Assembly: GCF_028641065.1 (NCBI RefSeq)
Contig: NC_073408.1
Location: 11,036,001 to 11,100,000 of the forward strand
From: Leucoraja erinacea
Lineage: Eukaryota
Direction of reading: 5' to 3'
DNA: 64,000 bases
Part shown: in pieces, positions 48,106 to 63,100 of the stretch
Layout of the letters: each line of letters opens with the position of its first letter
How positions within the stretch are numbered: position 1 is the first letter of the stretch
The notes under the pieces: model-generated
The model's database searches: none
The model's input: the letters and a program-made list of their open reading frames with translations, nothing else
What the model was told of the DNA's origin: nothing
Translations under genes and position numbers: made by a program

Positions 48106-51100
48106 CTGGGAGAGTGAGAGAGGAGATGTTTTAAGAAAACAGATGTAGATACAAAGTACAATTGTAGACCATACAGAAAGAACATTCAGCCCATTGTACA
48201 TGTACTGGAACTTTTGGAGAGAAAAAAATGATTAAATTTCTCTCCCTCTGCTGCACCTTCTCCATAACCCTTCAAATATATATATATATATTCCGTTAAA
48301 ATCTATTTCCAAATCTGTAGCCAGCACACTCAGTCAATACAATCCAGATTACAATATCTCAGTACATAAAATTACAAATAGAGTTCTCTCTAGTTACAGA
48401 TCTTTGTTTTTAAACATTGCAATAAATAAATAAAAGCTAGCAAAATACTTATTTGAATAGCGTGTAGGATTTGAATTGGGATGTATTTTAGAAGAATGTT
48501 TTAATCTAAAAATGAACTAATGGTAGCTAATGAAAAGTATCCTTGTATTATCATTTTTTACATGGCCTTAGTTTATCCCATCATGCTTTATAGTTTGTGA
48601 AGTATTTTAAATAATCTTGAAGTGTATTCACTGTTCTACTATAAAGGTCACCGTAACCATTTTATATAAAGCAAGGTCCTACATACAGGTGTGAAATAAT
48701 AATATATATTTTTTTAATCTAACATTGATCAAGTTGATGCAGCTAAGGGTATATATGAGGTCAATGTTAACACCGTTATTGGTGCTTGGAATATGGTGGT
48801 GGAGGCAGATGCAGTAATGGCATTTAATAGAATTTTAGATAAGCATACAGATATGCAGGGAGTGGAGAGATATGGATCATTGGCGGGTAGGTGAAATTAG
48901 TTTAATTTGGCATAATGTTCGGTTCAGCCAGAGGGCATTCGGTTCTGTTCTATGTTCTGTATCATAAGTCATTTGTGATAACACTATTTTCTATGAAATT
49001 ATACCTCTCATAAGAAACTGAGAGGGCAAATGGGTCATTGGTTTTATCTCATTTGAAAGACGGTACCTCACTTAGTACAGTACGCCCTAAATTCTGAATT
49101 TCAGTGACAGCCTGCATTATTACACCCAACACTTTGTAGTTGGACTTCAACTACAATCTCCCAAGTTGGATGAGAGTACCGTAGGCACGCACACCCTGAT
49201 CACTCACACCCTCAAAAATGTACCGCTTTAGTTGTCTCTGCACATGGAGGCTTTTACACAAATAGATAGTTTATTAGAAGCTGCAAAAGCCTATGATGGG
49301 AAGCATTCTAGATATGTTAAAACGTTGTGTTACCTGCGGGCATTTTGGTGGTGAGAAGTATTCTTTCGCAGGCAAGGTGAATAGTTTGGTGGATGGCAGA
49401 CATTTTTCGGGGTGAAATCGCGTCCAGTGACTGATGTACTTTCAATCCTCCCCTGATACACAAACAACAATTGTAAAGTTACGGCACTAGTAGAGAATAT
49501 CAAAGCATCACAATGTGTGGCCAATCATACTCCTCATACTTTGGATTCAGAAGGAAGTACAGGTGCAAATGGTACTACGCAGCAAAAATATACACTCACT
49601 CAAGGCTGAAGAATGCTTTTTACAGGAAACATTATTGTAGCAAGATATCTGGAAGAAATCCAATTGATCGGGGGGAACTTTACCTTGTATCTAACCTCTT
49701 TTACACCTGTCCTGTGGACGGTTGTTGGAATAGTGTAGAAGGAGCTAACTTATGTCTAACTTATATGGCTGCTTACTGATGGCGGCTCGAAGGGTTTGTC
49801 ATGAGGGTCACCGTAGCGTATCCTGGTCTTGGGGTCCCAATCCTTGTAGGATATTGCATACGATGTTTTTGGATCAAATTTGCCACCAAGAGACTGCTGC
49901 GTTGTAGGGCGGTGAATTTCTTGCTTTTTAATGGAAGGTTTCATATTATACTCAAGCTGAGGAGATAAAGTACAGACGAATGAAACTAACAACCAAAACT
50001 AACTCCTGTAAAATGGGGGTGACTAAGCAGGTTATTACTCGCCACTGCTGAACTGTTAAAGATGCACTGAATAGATAACTGATTGAAGATTGAAATATCA
50101 AGCGGACACAATAGAGGCAACTTGCCTCCCTCCAGTCACCCCACAATGGCATATGGGATTCAATTACTTATTGGGAATATAAAAACAGATTTTGGGTAAT
50201 ATTGGTATGCACCAGAATGAAATGGTCCGGTGGAGGTAGAAAGGAAAATGGAATCCATGATTGTGTAAATTGAATAGATGCTGGCGGAGAGATGGAACAA
50301 ATAATATATTTTTACTCCAAGGTTCCTAATATGCAGGTGGTCCACAGTTTGCACACCAGCTAAATTAGTGACTGGCTTAACGTGGCAATTGTTGATCATT
50401 GTTTCTGAATAATTTAAAAAAAATAACAAGTACCAGACTGCCAATAGGTAATGAGTTTTGGTAGGAAGAGGGGGTGGGGAGGTAAGTCGTTGCCCTTGCT
50501 GTGTTGATGTGTACACAGCTGGATTCCAGGACCTATTAGCTTAATTACTAACGACTATAAAAAGCCACTCTTATCTATCACACCATTAATCTGTAGGGGG
50601 CAGCACAGTAACGCTGCTAGCAGAGCTCCTCTTTTGTACCTCCAGCACCGCAAGTTCATTCCTGACCTCTGGTGCCATCTGTGTGGAGTTTCCACAGCAT
50701 GGCTTTTGTCTGAATGCTCAGGTTTCCTTCAGCATCCCAATGATGTGCAGGCCAGCACCATGGGACACTGTGGATTACTCCTAATGTATAGGTAATTGGT
50801 AGAATATGGACGGAGCTGATAGAACTATGGGGAGAATAAATGAAATGAGTGTCGGCTTTGTATAAATGGATACTTGATGGACCTAGTGGGTTGAAGGCCC
50901 GTTTCGATGTGGCATGACTTAAAAAATGTAGCTCTACTATTTTTTTTCCAGGGCAACTAAGGTCGAATAATAAAAGCTAGTTTGCCTGCGGGTGATCAGT
51001 ATATTGGTTAAGTGGTTAAATGGAGGGAGCGTTTCTTAATGTATTGCAGGTTACAGTCCTTCACCAGGAACTACCCACATTTATCCTATTTTCCAACATT

Positions 51101-54100
51101 TTACAGCTCCTTGAAGACAAGAAAACTTATTAGGTTGTGTGGTTTGAAGGGAAATGGAGCTACGTGCCAGGGTTAACATTATAAATCACTGCTAAAAAGA
51201 GAGCTTTGCTTCCTTCAACCCACTGGGCTGATAAAGTAAAAGGAATTACCTTTGTCACTGTGGTGGTCTCCATGGCTCCTTCCACATTCAACTGATCCTT
51301 ATATTTAATGGGATCAGGGCGGGGATATTGAGTGGGATCCCAGCCAATATATGAATTTTTCTGAATTGTGTTGAAGTCCGCACTGCAAGATGTGGAAGAT
51401 GCATCGGAATTAAAGATTATAAGACATTGTTATTTTCGTGCAGCAAAACTTCCCATGCATAGGACACCTACAGCTTTGAAAAATGTTGGTGGAAGATGGT
51501 TTGCAAACTGGTAAGGCATATCGCATAATCCACACTTCCCCGAAAATATCACGTGGATCCAACCCAACACATTAGTCCTCAGTGTCACCCGCTACCCAGA
51601 CCACATATCAATCAATAAAATCATATGCTTCCCACCTAACCCTTCACGATGGGCTCCAGGAATACACACTTTCCATATCCACTCCTTACATTAATCTCAA
51701 GCAGCAGATGCCTTCACCTTGGTTCCAACCCTTTCCATTAATATTACATCATATACTACAACATGATAAGCTTAATTGATCAAAGCTATTCCAAAAACAT
51801 TTCTTAAATTATTAAATATTTGTAAACGTATCCCCAATGGCCTAAGCTATCTAAGCTTGGTTTCTTGGGCCTCCAAAATATTCCAAATGGAATTTAAACT
51901 GGAGCTGCATTCACTCAACTGTAAAGACCCATGATAACTATGTGTATGGCTCTGTAAACTGGAAATATCAATGCAGCAAACATTGAGTTGCTTTGGTGAT
52001 CTGGTAAAGAAATGGACCTGTGTTCAAGCTGCATTTGCAGAGGCCGATCCAGTTAACTGGTTCTATAAATAGTTTTAGTTCTCTTGTCAACATGGGAAAG
52101 AAACATTATCTAGTGTTCCTCTTTGTACTTGTTGCAATTTGAGTCTTGGGCACTATACACATGAGGATTGGATGGTAACATCTATGTGGACTGCATTAAT
52201 CTTGTATATGGCAAAACGACAAACTGGGTGGACAATGGGAAGCTGTGCAGCATCTATTTAGTCTTGAGATTTAGCACTACTGAGGGAGACTGAAACCTGA
52301 TCAGAGAATTTTAAGACTGGTTCTTGCTAAATGAAAAAGATAATTTAAAATCTGCAATGTGATGAAGTTGAATATTCTGCTTTAAATAATACATGTAAAA
52401 AGTTAATGCCAGTGTTTCAAAGTGTAGATGCTGTCTATCAAATGACGTGCAATTCTTTACACTCGTCACTACAAACGTTCCCTGGTAACAGAATGCAATC
52501 AGTTGCTTTGAGACCATTGGAACTTTATCACATGTTTGAATATCACTGTCTCTTGCCCAGAGTAGGGGAAATGAGGACCAGGAGACATAGGTTCAAGGTG
52601 AAGGGGAAAAGATTTAATAGGAATCTGAGGGGCAATTTTTTCATACAAAGTGTGGTGGGTATATGGAACAAGTTGCCAGAGGAGGTAATTGAGGCTGGGA
52701 CCATCCCATCGTTTAAGAGATACATGGATAGGACAGGTTTGGAAGAATATGGACCAAGCGCAGGCAGGCGGGACTAGTGTAGCTAGGACATGTTGGCTGG
52801 TGTGGGTAAGTTGAGCTGAATGGCCTGTTTCCACACTGTATCACACTATGATTCTAATAGTGAGTGTCAACAAGGTATCTGACCTTGTCGTTGCACAACA
52901 CCACTTTGCAATAAATTAAAACAAAAGTACTGGGGGAGAAAAACTCAGCAAGTCAGGCAGCTTCTATGAAGAGAGAAACAGTTAATGTTTCAGGTTGAAT
53001 TCCATCAGAAATGGCCGAGAGCAAAAATAAGTTTGGTTTCTCTTTCCCATTCCTGATGAAGGGCCCTCGGCCTGAAACATTACCTCTGTTTTTCTTTTCA
53101 CAATGCTGCCAAGTTTCCAGCATTTTCTCTTTTTATTTCAGATTTCCTTTATCTGTTTTCCACTATTTGACAAGAACCTGAATTGATATTTCTTGATATT
53201 TGAAAATTGATACTTCCCTGTGCCTTCTTTCTGGCGAATGACATGGTGCAGGAAATCGTTAAAGCGAGGGAGTTAGAGAAGATTAAGTTAAATTTTCTAA
53301 AGAACTTTTCCGAAAGTGAAAACAAAGTTTGTCACATTCCTCTGCAAGATGCAACCCTGCCCCTCAGCAATGTGGTATTAACGTGCATCAATGCACTGAT
53401 CTTACGGCAGATGACGGTTAACTTGCAAGTTGTCCTGCGCTGGTATTATTGACAACATCTTCGATTGCTTGTGTTCAGGGTAATCTTTGCGGTAGCTGCT
53501 CAGCAGGTCCATGGGAGCAGGCTTGGGTTTTGTTCGCTTCCTGACTGTCTTCTGTCTCGCAAAGGGCAAAGGCTGAAATTCGACTTGGTAAGTGGTATTC
53601 AAATCATGAACACCTTTAGTGACACAGTAACATATTGTGAACAATTTAATTCAATGTATTATAACTTTACAACGCCTGCAAAACTGTAAACAATCACTAT
53701 CTTCTATGTGTACTTGACCCACGGATTATTACAGTATTCTTTATCAAATCCATGTCGTATTCACCCTGTGAGGGATTGAATATTGACGGTATAGAGGAAG
53801 CTTTGTACTCTACCTGTCACTACACTTATCTGATCTAACTAATATCATGCATGTCCTGGGATCATCCCAACTGGGAGTTCCAAGCAGCCCATGGTAAAAC
53901 CACAAGTGAGTGTGGCAAAGGTGAAGTGTACTCCATGACCTACTGTAGCTGTGTTCTTTGTAATGGCAGAACTCCCTGGGACCAAAATCATCTGTTCAGT
54001 TGAAGCCAAAGAATCACCTGGAAATCTGTGCCGTTACCTTTTAACATATCCCAAAAATGAATTCTTAATCTCTCCTAATTTTTATTTACTACCTTTTTTT

Positions 54101-57100
54101 AAGAAACATCTTTAAAGAAATAGTTGTCTAGCCACTCTAATGTAGTTTTGATGCAATGGGACAATGATTATTTTAGACATTGACGTCTTGCATCAAAATT
54201 CAGTTGTAAAAGAGGCCTTGGTCACAACAGGCGGGGTCTTGGCCATTTTTGTAGTATTCAAATGTGCTGTCTGGTGTCCCCTCCCATCCTTGAGAGGTTG
54301 ACTCCAGACCTGAAAAGAAAATTTGTTGGCAATTACATTTCCAGGTAAACATTAGTCTCTTCAAATACATTGATTACAACCAGCAGAACCTCAGCATTAC
54401 TTCTTTAATTCCCCTGCCATTTCTAAATTGTTAAACTACTTGTCCAACATTCAGCACTGAATCTGTAGACATTTGGTTTAGTTAAGAGATACAGTGCAGA
54501 AACAGGCCCTTCGGCCCAGCGGGTCATGCACGGACCAACGATCCACACGCATTACCCTACACACAATTACATTGATACCATGGCAATTAACTTACAAACC
54601 TGTACATCTTTGGAGTGGGGGAGGAAACCCACGCATGTCACGGGGAGAATGTACAAACTCCGTACAGGCATGCACCCGTAATTAGGATCGAACCTGGGTC
54701 TCTGGCGCTGTAAGGCAGTAGCTCTATTGCTACGCCACCATGCTGCGCTCCTTCCACAATGTATTGGGAATGCTGAAGCCAAGATCAAAGTCCCATTAAC
54801 AAGCCCCAGCTCCAAGCTCCATTCGATTCCTCCCTCTAGCAGCTGAAACCAATTGTTCTGCATATCCGTGACCATTTATTTCCACTTATGGCTGCCCAGT
54901 TCTGTTCATGCCTTATCCTGTCTGCTGCTGAAACCATAGCCCCAGCCTTTCTTAATCTTGACCTGACTGTTTCAAAGCTCCGCTTACTGACTTCGCCCTT
55001 TCGGCCTCATTAATGTTGTGAAATTAAGGTAAACTCTACTGCCCATCTATTAGCTTTCATTAGTTCCCGTTTGCCATTTCCCCAGATAATTTTCAAATTC
55101 TCATCTTATTTTCCAAATCTGTCCTTGACCTAGCCTACCCAGTCCAAAACCTATTTAAAGATATCAGTCACTTTCATTTCTGAAACATGAACATTCGCAA
55201 ATTTATTCAGCAAAGACAAAACTGCTGGAGGAACGCAGCAGGCCAGGCAGTATCTGTGGAAGGAATTGGAGTTAATCTAAAGGACCTGACCCAAAACGTC
55301 AATTGTCCATTTAGTCCATAGTTGTTTGCTCAAGATACCAGCATCTGCAGTGTTTTGTGCCTCCATTTCATAAATTTCAACCCGAAACATCACCTGTCCA
55401 TGTGCTCCAGAGATGCTGCCTGACCCGCTAAGTGACTCCAGCACTTTGTGCCATTTTTATAAACCAGTCTCTGCAGTTCGTTATGTCTTTATTCAATGTA
55501 AGCTCCAAACGAGTATCCTCACCATGAATCCATCTGTCTTCCCCTCTCCTCATAGTTAACTGACTAATCTGTGTTAAATTCTGTTTGATAACATGCCTGT
55601 GAAGCAACATGGAATAAAAATGAACTGCAGATACTGCTTTGTACCAAAGAAATACTTATACATTTTATCCTGTGAAGCACCATGTTTGTTTTTCAATGTT
55701 AGTGTTGCTATGCAATAAATTGTTATTGTTGTTTGATGAGACAATCCTTTTCTATCCAGTGTTGTACTGGAACTGAAGTTGATGATGTGATAAGGCATTT
55801 TCCAACACAAGGTGCAGCGACCATGGGACTATTTTATGGTGAATAACTGTTGTTCATTATCCAGCTCTTACCTCCCTGACCTTGAACCAATGGAGAAATA
55901 CAAAGTACACTCTGAATGGTGTACAGAAGAAGGGCTGTTTTGTCGGACCCTGCTCTTATCTGTGGCTCAATGTGCCATACCTTCGAACTTTAAGTTATCT
56001 GGTAAGGGCTTTGCACGTTCTGGCATATTGCAGAAATTCTCACGAATTTCCGCTTTTCTTGTGGGTTGCTGGATATTGTTCTGATATGGGGGGCATTGAC
56101 ATCCTAAAGAATAGAAACAGAATGTTAAAGATCTGGGTCCCTTGCTTTCTATATGTTGGCAATTATGGTACCCCATATAGAGTCTGACCAATATTCTATG
56201 TTACGAAAGCATTTCTTTTTTCTTAGTATATCTGTACTCCTTAAGGTAAATGACAACATTTAATTTGCTTATATATTTATTTTACATATATGTATGTTTA
56301 CTAAGCTCCGAGTCCCATTACTCTGTGAAATTGTACTTAAGGTTTATTCATTATGTGTGGACATCTTCACCATTTGTCGTATATCACTCCTCACCTTTGA
56401 ACTGAGTTGAGAGTCAACCAAGTTAATGGGTTTGTAGTCACAAAGGCCAGGGTGGATGACGGACATTGGTAAACCAGTTGGGTTTTAATCAAAAATCCGT
56501 TGTTGTATCGTCACTGGGAATATTCCAAACTTATTTTAAATGATGTCCTGATGATATTTGAACTGGTGTCTCTGGGTCAATGGTCCAGTTTTCTGACTGC
56601 AAGTCCTGTAATTGAGCTACAGTCTCCACTGTTCTTATTTATCCTCCTTTGTCTGAATAAGGTGACTTTATACATTCCCACATCAGATTCTTTTTGCCAT
56701 ATTTTCATCCACACACTCTACCTACATCCCTTTACAATGGTCTGCTCTCCGAACCATGTACATTCTTCTCTTTAGCATTGTCATAAGAACATAAGCAACA
56801 GAAGCAGGTATCACCCATCCAAGCCCCATATTGAATTGAATTGAATTATCCTTTATTGTCATTCGGACCTCTCGGTCTGAACACAATTTTGTGCCTAGCG
56901 GTATCTGAGCCCCTTCTCCCCTGATTCTCAAACACCCATTAACCAAATATGTACTTGTCAGCTTTGCATCCACATTCCTCTGATTTGAATGAGATAATCT
57001 TATCTTCTTTTAAACATCTCACTCACTCTCATTATCTCCTGCCTTCCATCCTAAAGCAAACAATCCCTTTTATTCTTTCCTGCCACCATCACTAAACACA

Positions 57101-60100
57101 TTTACTTCAAACTTTTCCCAGTTTTGATGAGAGGACACCAGTCTGAAATGTGCTTCTTTCCACAGGTGCTAGTTTGCCTGCTGAGTACTTCCATAATTTC
57201 TGCTATATTCAGATCTTCTTACTCTTGCAATCCAGTCTCCGTGCAATATGAGCCAATCCTCCACTTGGTTTCCTAATTACACACTGTAACTCTGTTTTAT
57301 CTCCCAGCACAGTTCAATAACTCATTTCCTAGTCTTTCATCAATGACAAAAATAAGTTCCGTTCTTTCATCCTTCCCACCAACATGAATAACACCAGTGT
57401 TTAGTTCAGTGATCCAGTACAGATCAGGCTCTTTGACCCACCCAGTCCGCTTCGACCAGCGAACCCTGTACACTAACACTGTCCTACACACACCAAGGAC
57501 AATTTACCATTATACCAAGCCAAGTAACCTACAAATCTGTACATTTCTGGAGTGTGGGAGGAAACCGGAGCACCCGGAGAAAACCACATGGTCACAGGGA
57601 GAATGTACAATCTCTAAGGAGACAGAATCAAACCCGAGTCTCTGGCGTTGTAAGGAAGCAACTCTACCAACTGTGCCACTCTGAATTATACACCATTTAC
57701 CAATTTCTTGCTAATTCAATTAACAACAGTTGGAACCTCTTCATATTCACTTTGTATCCTTCTCTCAGGTCACTTTTCTAAGTGGGAAATTTAGATAAGT
57801 TAACCTTTGCTCTGTCATGAATGTAAATGAAAATAAAGCAGATCCCAGGGCAGTGCTTCTTGTGAATGCCCCACCATTAAAAGTTTCCCACCTTTCAGTT
57901 TTGGACTTATTATCCCATCTCCTGCATCTGATGCTATCCTCTCCATTCATATCATATTGATTACAAAGCATGAGGTGTGCAAAAACACCATTAACAAAGG
58001 AGTGAACAACTTAAAGCTAAAGGAAATGGCTCAGAAAATTAGGGAGCTTCACCTGATGCGGTCAAACGTTCTCCAGATCTCACTGAAGGCTCAGACTTCC
58101 AACCCTTGCAGCTGGTGTTGCTTCTGGAACTCGATCGACTCGACGGTAGGCTACCTTTGAGACATTTCTGGACTGTCGCTGGACGTTCTTTTAGAGTCAA
58201 TCCCTTGGTGTGTATAGATTTAGAGTGAAGTTGTTCCTGCAGAGGCTTATCAATGTGAAATAACCCATCAACAAGGCACAAGAACAGAAATTGACATTTT
58301 TGCTCATCATTAATGCAGAGTCTTGAAGTGAGTGCCATTTATAACCTAGCATTCAATAATTATTGGCAGACATGAATCCTAGATAGAAAATACTGGGAAT
58401 GCTCAGCAGGTGAGGCATCTTTCAGATAATCTTTCAGGCCGAAGGATCTACAACCTCTGGCAAAGGGGTTTCAACCTCAAATGTTAGCTAATATTTCTCC
58501 TTCCACAGATGCTGCGTGATCTGCTGAGCCTTTATGACATTTTCTGCTTCATTTTGTATTTTCAGCATGAAGTTTTTTTTTAATTTTCACTCCCATTTAT
58601 TTCAAATGGTCAGTGGAAGGGAAATCCAGTTAAAGGAGATAAACTTTCCCCCAATGTTGGCCTCTCGTTTACCTTCCTGATGCTTTCCATCATCTCTGTC
58701 CATCTGGAAACTAGCAGTGGGCTTTGGGCATTCAGGCACTCTGCCAGTGATGCCCTATATTCCAGCCCCATCATCAGCCCACACAATGCAGTGGATACAG
58801 CAGGCCATAAAGTTCTGTTGTTGATAAAAGATTGGGTCCAGTCCTAGGGATACAACCTTACCTAGGGATACAATCATCCTGAACCAGCTCCTGATAACTT
58901 TTAGACTTTAGAGATACAGCATGGAAACGGGCCCTTTGGCCAACCGAGTCTGTGCCGACCAGCGATTACCCCGTACACTAACACTGTCCTACACACTAGG
59001 GACAATTTACAATTTTTACCGAAGTCAATTAACCTACAAATCTGTACGTCTTTGGGGTGTGGCAGGAAACCGGAGCTCCTGGAGAAAATCTTTAGTCACA
59101 GGGAGAACATACAAACTCCGTACAGACTGCACCCGTGGTCAAGATCGAACCCAGATCTCTGCTATTATAAGGCAGCTGCTCTACCACTGAAATCCCTACA
59201 GCTCTATAGCCTGAAATCACTTGGGATCTCTTCATTTGTTCAGTGGTATGGAACAGCCACTGTCCTATAATGGACTCCCTCACAGATGGCCTGTGCACTA
59301 TATCTGTGAACTTTTAGGCGTTAACTTCCTGCACATTTCTAGACAGGAAATAAGAAAAGTTTGTCAGAAAGAACTGCAGAAGCTAGTTTAAATCGAAGGT
59401 AGACACAAAATGCTGGAGAGTAACTCAGCGTTTCTGGAGAGAAGGAATGGGTGACGTTTCGAGTCGAGACCCTATGACCCGAAATATCACCCATTCCTTC
59501 TCTCCAGAGATGCTGCCTGAACAGTAGTGCCCTGGGCAGTATTGTAGAAATGAAGAATCCAGGAGATCATATCCATAGTTCAATGAAAGATAGATAGGGA
59601 GATAGGATTGTGAAGGTGGCTTTTGGCATTTTGGCCTTCACCATTCAGGGAATTGAGTATAGAACTTGGTTTGTTATATTACAGTGTGGAAAGCACTGGT
59701 GAAGCTACACCTGTTTTGCCTTGTGTGTAGAATTTGACCATTCCACTCTCCTGTGGCACTGGACACTTCCTCAGGATTGCAACAACATAACCACAACGAA
59801 TGTCAGAACATGGCAGTCACACTCTACTCACCCTATTGCCAGCTTTTGTCTGTTCTCTCGGGACCCTGGGCCCAAATTCTGAGCGTTGTGTGGTTTCACT
59901 TTGCATGGCTGGGGGGTTGGGGTGCGGCGGAGTGCGTAATGGCCTCTTGCTGCTTCGGGGCAGGACATCTGAGACGGAATTCAAAATGAATTATTGAGTC
60001 TCTGCTCCTTGTGAATTCATGAGAGAAAAGATGCACACTAGGTTTAAAATGTAAAATGAGGCATTACTATAATGAAAATTAAAAAAACCTCAGGTTGGAA

Positions 60101-63100
60101 ATCCAAAATAAAACCAGAAAGTACTGGAAACAATCCTGCTGATTGGATAGCAATTGTGAAGAGAGAAACACAGACTCTGTTGATATTGCTGAGAGGACAC
60201 TAAAACAATTTAAGATTCAATTCTGGCTGTTTTGGCACAATTTCAAATGTGTCCTATAAACAACACAAACTACTTCAAAGCATTTATATATTTTCAACTG
60301 GATCTTTTGCACATCTCAGATGTTGATTGCAATATCCTTGTTAGCTGTGTCTACAGCTGCCTATTATTTCCCAAAAACCATTGCACCCCTCTTGTTTTCA
60401 CTAAGATGCATCTTAAACTTGTCTCCTGGGCCAATCTTTTGGTTGCCTGTTCCTTTACATTCCTTGGCGTCGAATTTTGTTTGATTGCACTCCTTTGATT
60501 GGCATGGTTTACTACCTTCAACACATATTGTGTTTACAAAGATATTGTGCAAAGATCTATCAAAAATATCACATTTTTAAACATAAATAGAACTTCCTGC
60601 TTACAAAGAAAAAAATCCCAAAACAGAATTTTCTTCAAAATCTCTACAATCTCTACAGCATGGCAGATGGGAAAGGGTGTATTCCTTTATTAAATGTAAC
60701 CCTGGAAACAAGGATTTAGGGAGCATGGAAATTATTGGAGAATCTGAGACTAACAATCTACCCAATTTTAAGACATGATGTGTACTGCCCCTTTGACTGG
60801 AATATATTTGAGTCTTATCTCCAGTTTGTCGATCAGACCAGATTGCTTCTCAAAACCAGAAGTGAACCTAAGCAGAGAAGAGAGAAGGCAGATATCACCT
60901 AATCAAGATAACATGGAGATATGCAACTATAGTACAGTGTAATGAAGGTTCTTACTCAGAGGTCGCCTGAAGGACGACTGGTAGTTGGTTAGGAGCCAGT
61001 CTGTGCTTACTGAGCGCCGTTGAATTGACTGCTTCTTCTTGCAATTCTGATGATATTTGTGTTGACTAGAGGAGAGGAGAAGGAAGAATTCATCAGGGAG
61101 CTGTAACCAGGTGAAACTAGTTACCAACCAACAACAGCCATTTTATATATTGTCAACCCTTATCAGTTATAGAGACATTTTTTATATACTCCATGCCCTT
61201 TACCACAAAGATCACTCTCCATTTTCTCTCCTATTTACTTGCTGAGATGAGTTTCATATGACATCACCCTCATCCCTCGGTGTGTTATAGTCTCTTTCTG
61301 TCAATGCAACAATCTGTGTTGCTACTCTTACTCTCAAAGTGCATAACCTCATATTCCTTACATTGTATACCATCTACCACAATTTTTTCCTAACCTATTT
61401 GTTCCTTTTCATATTCTTTGCTTCTTTTCCAACTTCATCTTAGCAACAAAGTTGTGCAGAGTACACTGAGTACTTTATTGCCTCTCTAATATGAACTGTG
61501 AATCATGAAGTCCCTAATACGATCCCAGCAGTTACAGCTACCAACCCGAAACAGGCAATTTCATTCTGATCTTAGTTAGTTTAATGTTGTTTGAATCAAA
61601 TTGAATTTATTTGTCATTCAGACCTTTTGTCTGAACAAAATTTTGTTTCCCTGCAGTCATACATATAATAAAAATGACAAAAACACACAATCAACACAAA
61701 TTTAACATCCACCACAGTGAGTTCACCAAACACCTCCTCACTGTGATGGAAGGCAAAATCTTAAAGTGTCTGTCTCTTCCCTCTTTGTTCTCCCTCTGCG
61801 CCGAGGCGATCCAGGCTCCAGATGTTGTGACCCCACCGGGTGATGGTAAATCCCGCGGCTCAACCGTGCTCCGCGAACGGGCCGGTTCAAACTCCGCGGG
61901 TGGTCGCTGCCGCCACCACAGCTCCGAGTTTCTATACATTGTCACTAAAAATTAGGGTAATGGTATACTTGTACCCCTAAATCTCTCCCTTCTGCAGTTA
62001 ATAGCATCTTGGCATTTAGGTACTCTGATCATTCTTTGTGAAGTCCTAAGAAGATGATGTCATACGTTCCTACTTTAAGTGCAGTCTCTCGCAGTTATAT
62101 TCACTCACATCTTGTCAATATTAATCAATGTGGAACAATTGGAATGAGATGTGCTTATCACTACCCAATGAGAGTCCCTAAAAAAGTGGAATGTTTAACA
62201 GAAACTTGCATGCTTGCCAAACCTGACTGTCTGCAAACAGAAGAACACAAATTTCAATTTCCATCATTGCAAAGGATAACCTGTAACCTACAGCTCCTAT
62301 TTGTCATGTCTTCAGTGAAGCACAACGTTCTCATTAAATCAGCAAGAAACACCATCATTCCAAGCACAATACTTCCACACTTCTGGTGAAGTATGGGATT
62401 AAGATGCAAGCATTATGATAGCCCAGGGATTTCATTCAAACTTGAGGCAATGCTCATAATAGAGATCTTGTAAGTCAAACCAGACGTGCCCCACTGATAC
62501 CTCAAAGTGCTCAATGGCCAATAAAGAACTTCAAAATTACAATGGCTAATGTTCTAAAATGTTTCTCCTCCAAACTTGAGGGAATTGACTGGTTACCTCC
62601 CAACACCCTCATTCAAAAGACCTTTAATCAAGTGTGAGAATAGGCAAGGAATTCCAAATGGGACATCATGGGTTAAGATACTTACCACCAGCAGGACAAA
62701 TCGATAGTGATCAAGAGTTGTACCTCTGGCTCAATGAATCCTATCCTACTTTGGGACTAATTATTCTGAGATGTCACTGATATTGTGATGTCAGAGATGT
62801 GGTGATCCGTGACCAGCTACCTGAGCTAATACTGGTGTTGAACTTTGCTGGCAAGGGGTGATTTTTATTTGTTGGCATTGGACCCCAGCCACTGGTTGCT
62901 TCGATAGAAGGGTAGAATTTGGAATGGAACAGAAGGTAGAGTTGGGGGTTCAGGTAGAAGGACATAGTGATGTTACTGCAGTGATAAGTAGAATGTATCG
63001 GCTTAGGATAGAACTGCGGCTGTGATAGGCAGGTGAGGTTAATGTGGAAGGAGTAGAGTTTGGTACAAGATAGAATGGCGTTGAGATTTAAGGTGTGGCA

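Noticed and set aside
53813-54309. Candidate extra SAXO-like exons after acceptor-like sites at ~54310 and ~54018
   Set aside because: Phase-compatible frames hit stops, and the flanking exons already join in frame (DNLKFEG-VHDLNTTY).
60364-60552. Minus-strand ORF as a possible SAXO-like exon
   Set aside because: No convincing splice sites; exon 59832-59968 supplies the needed phase bridge.
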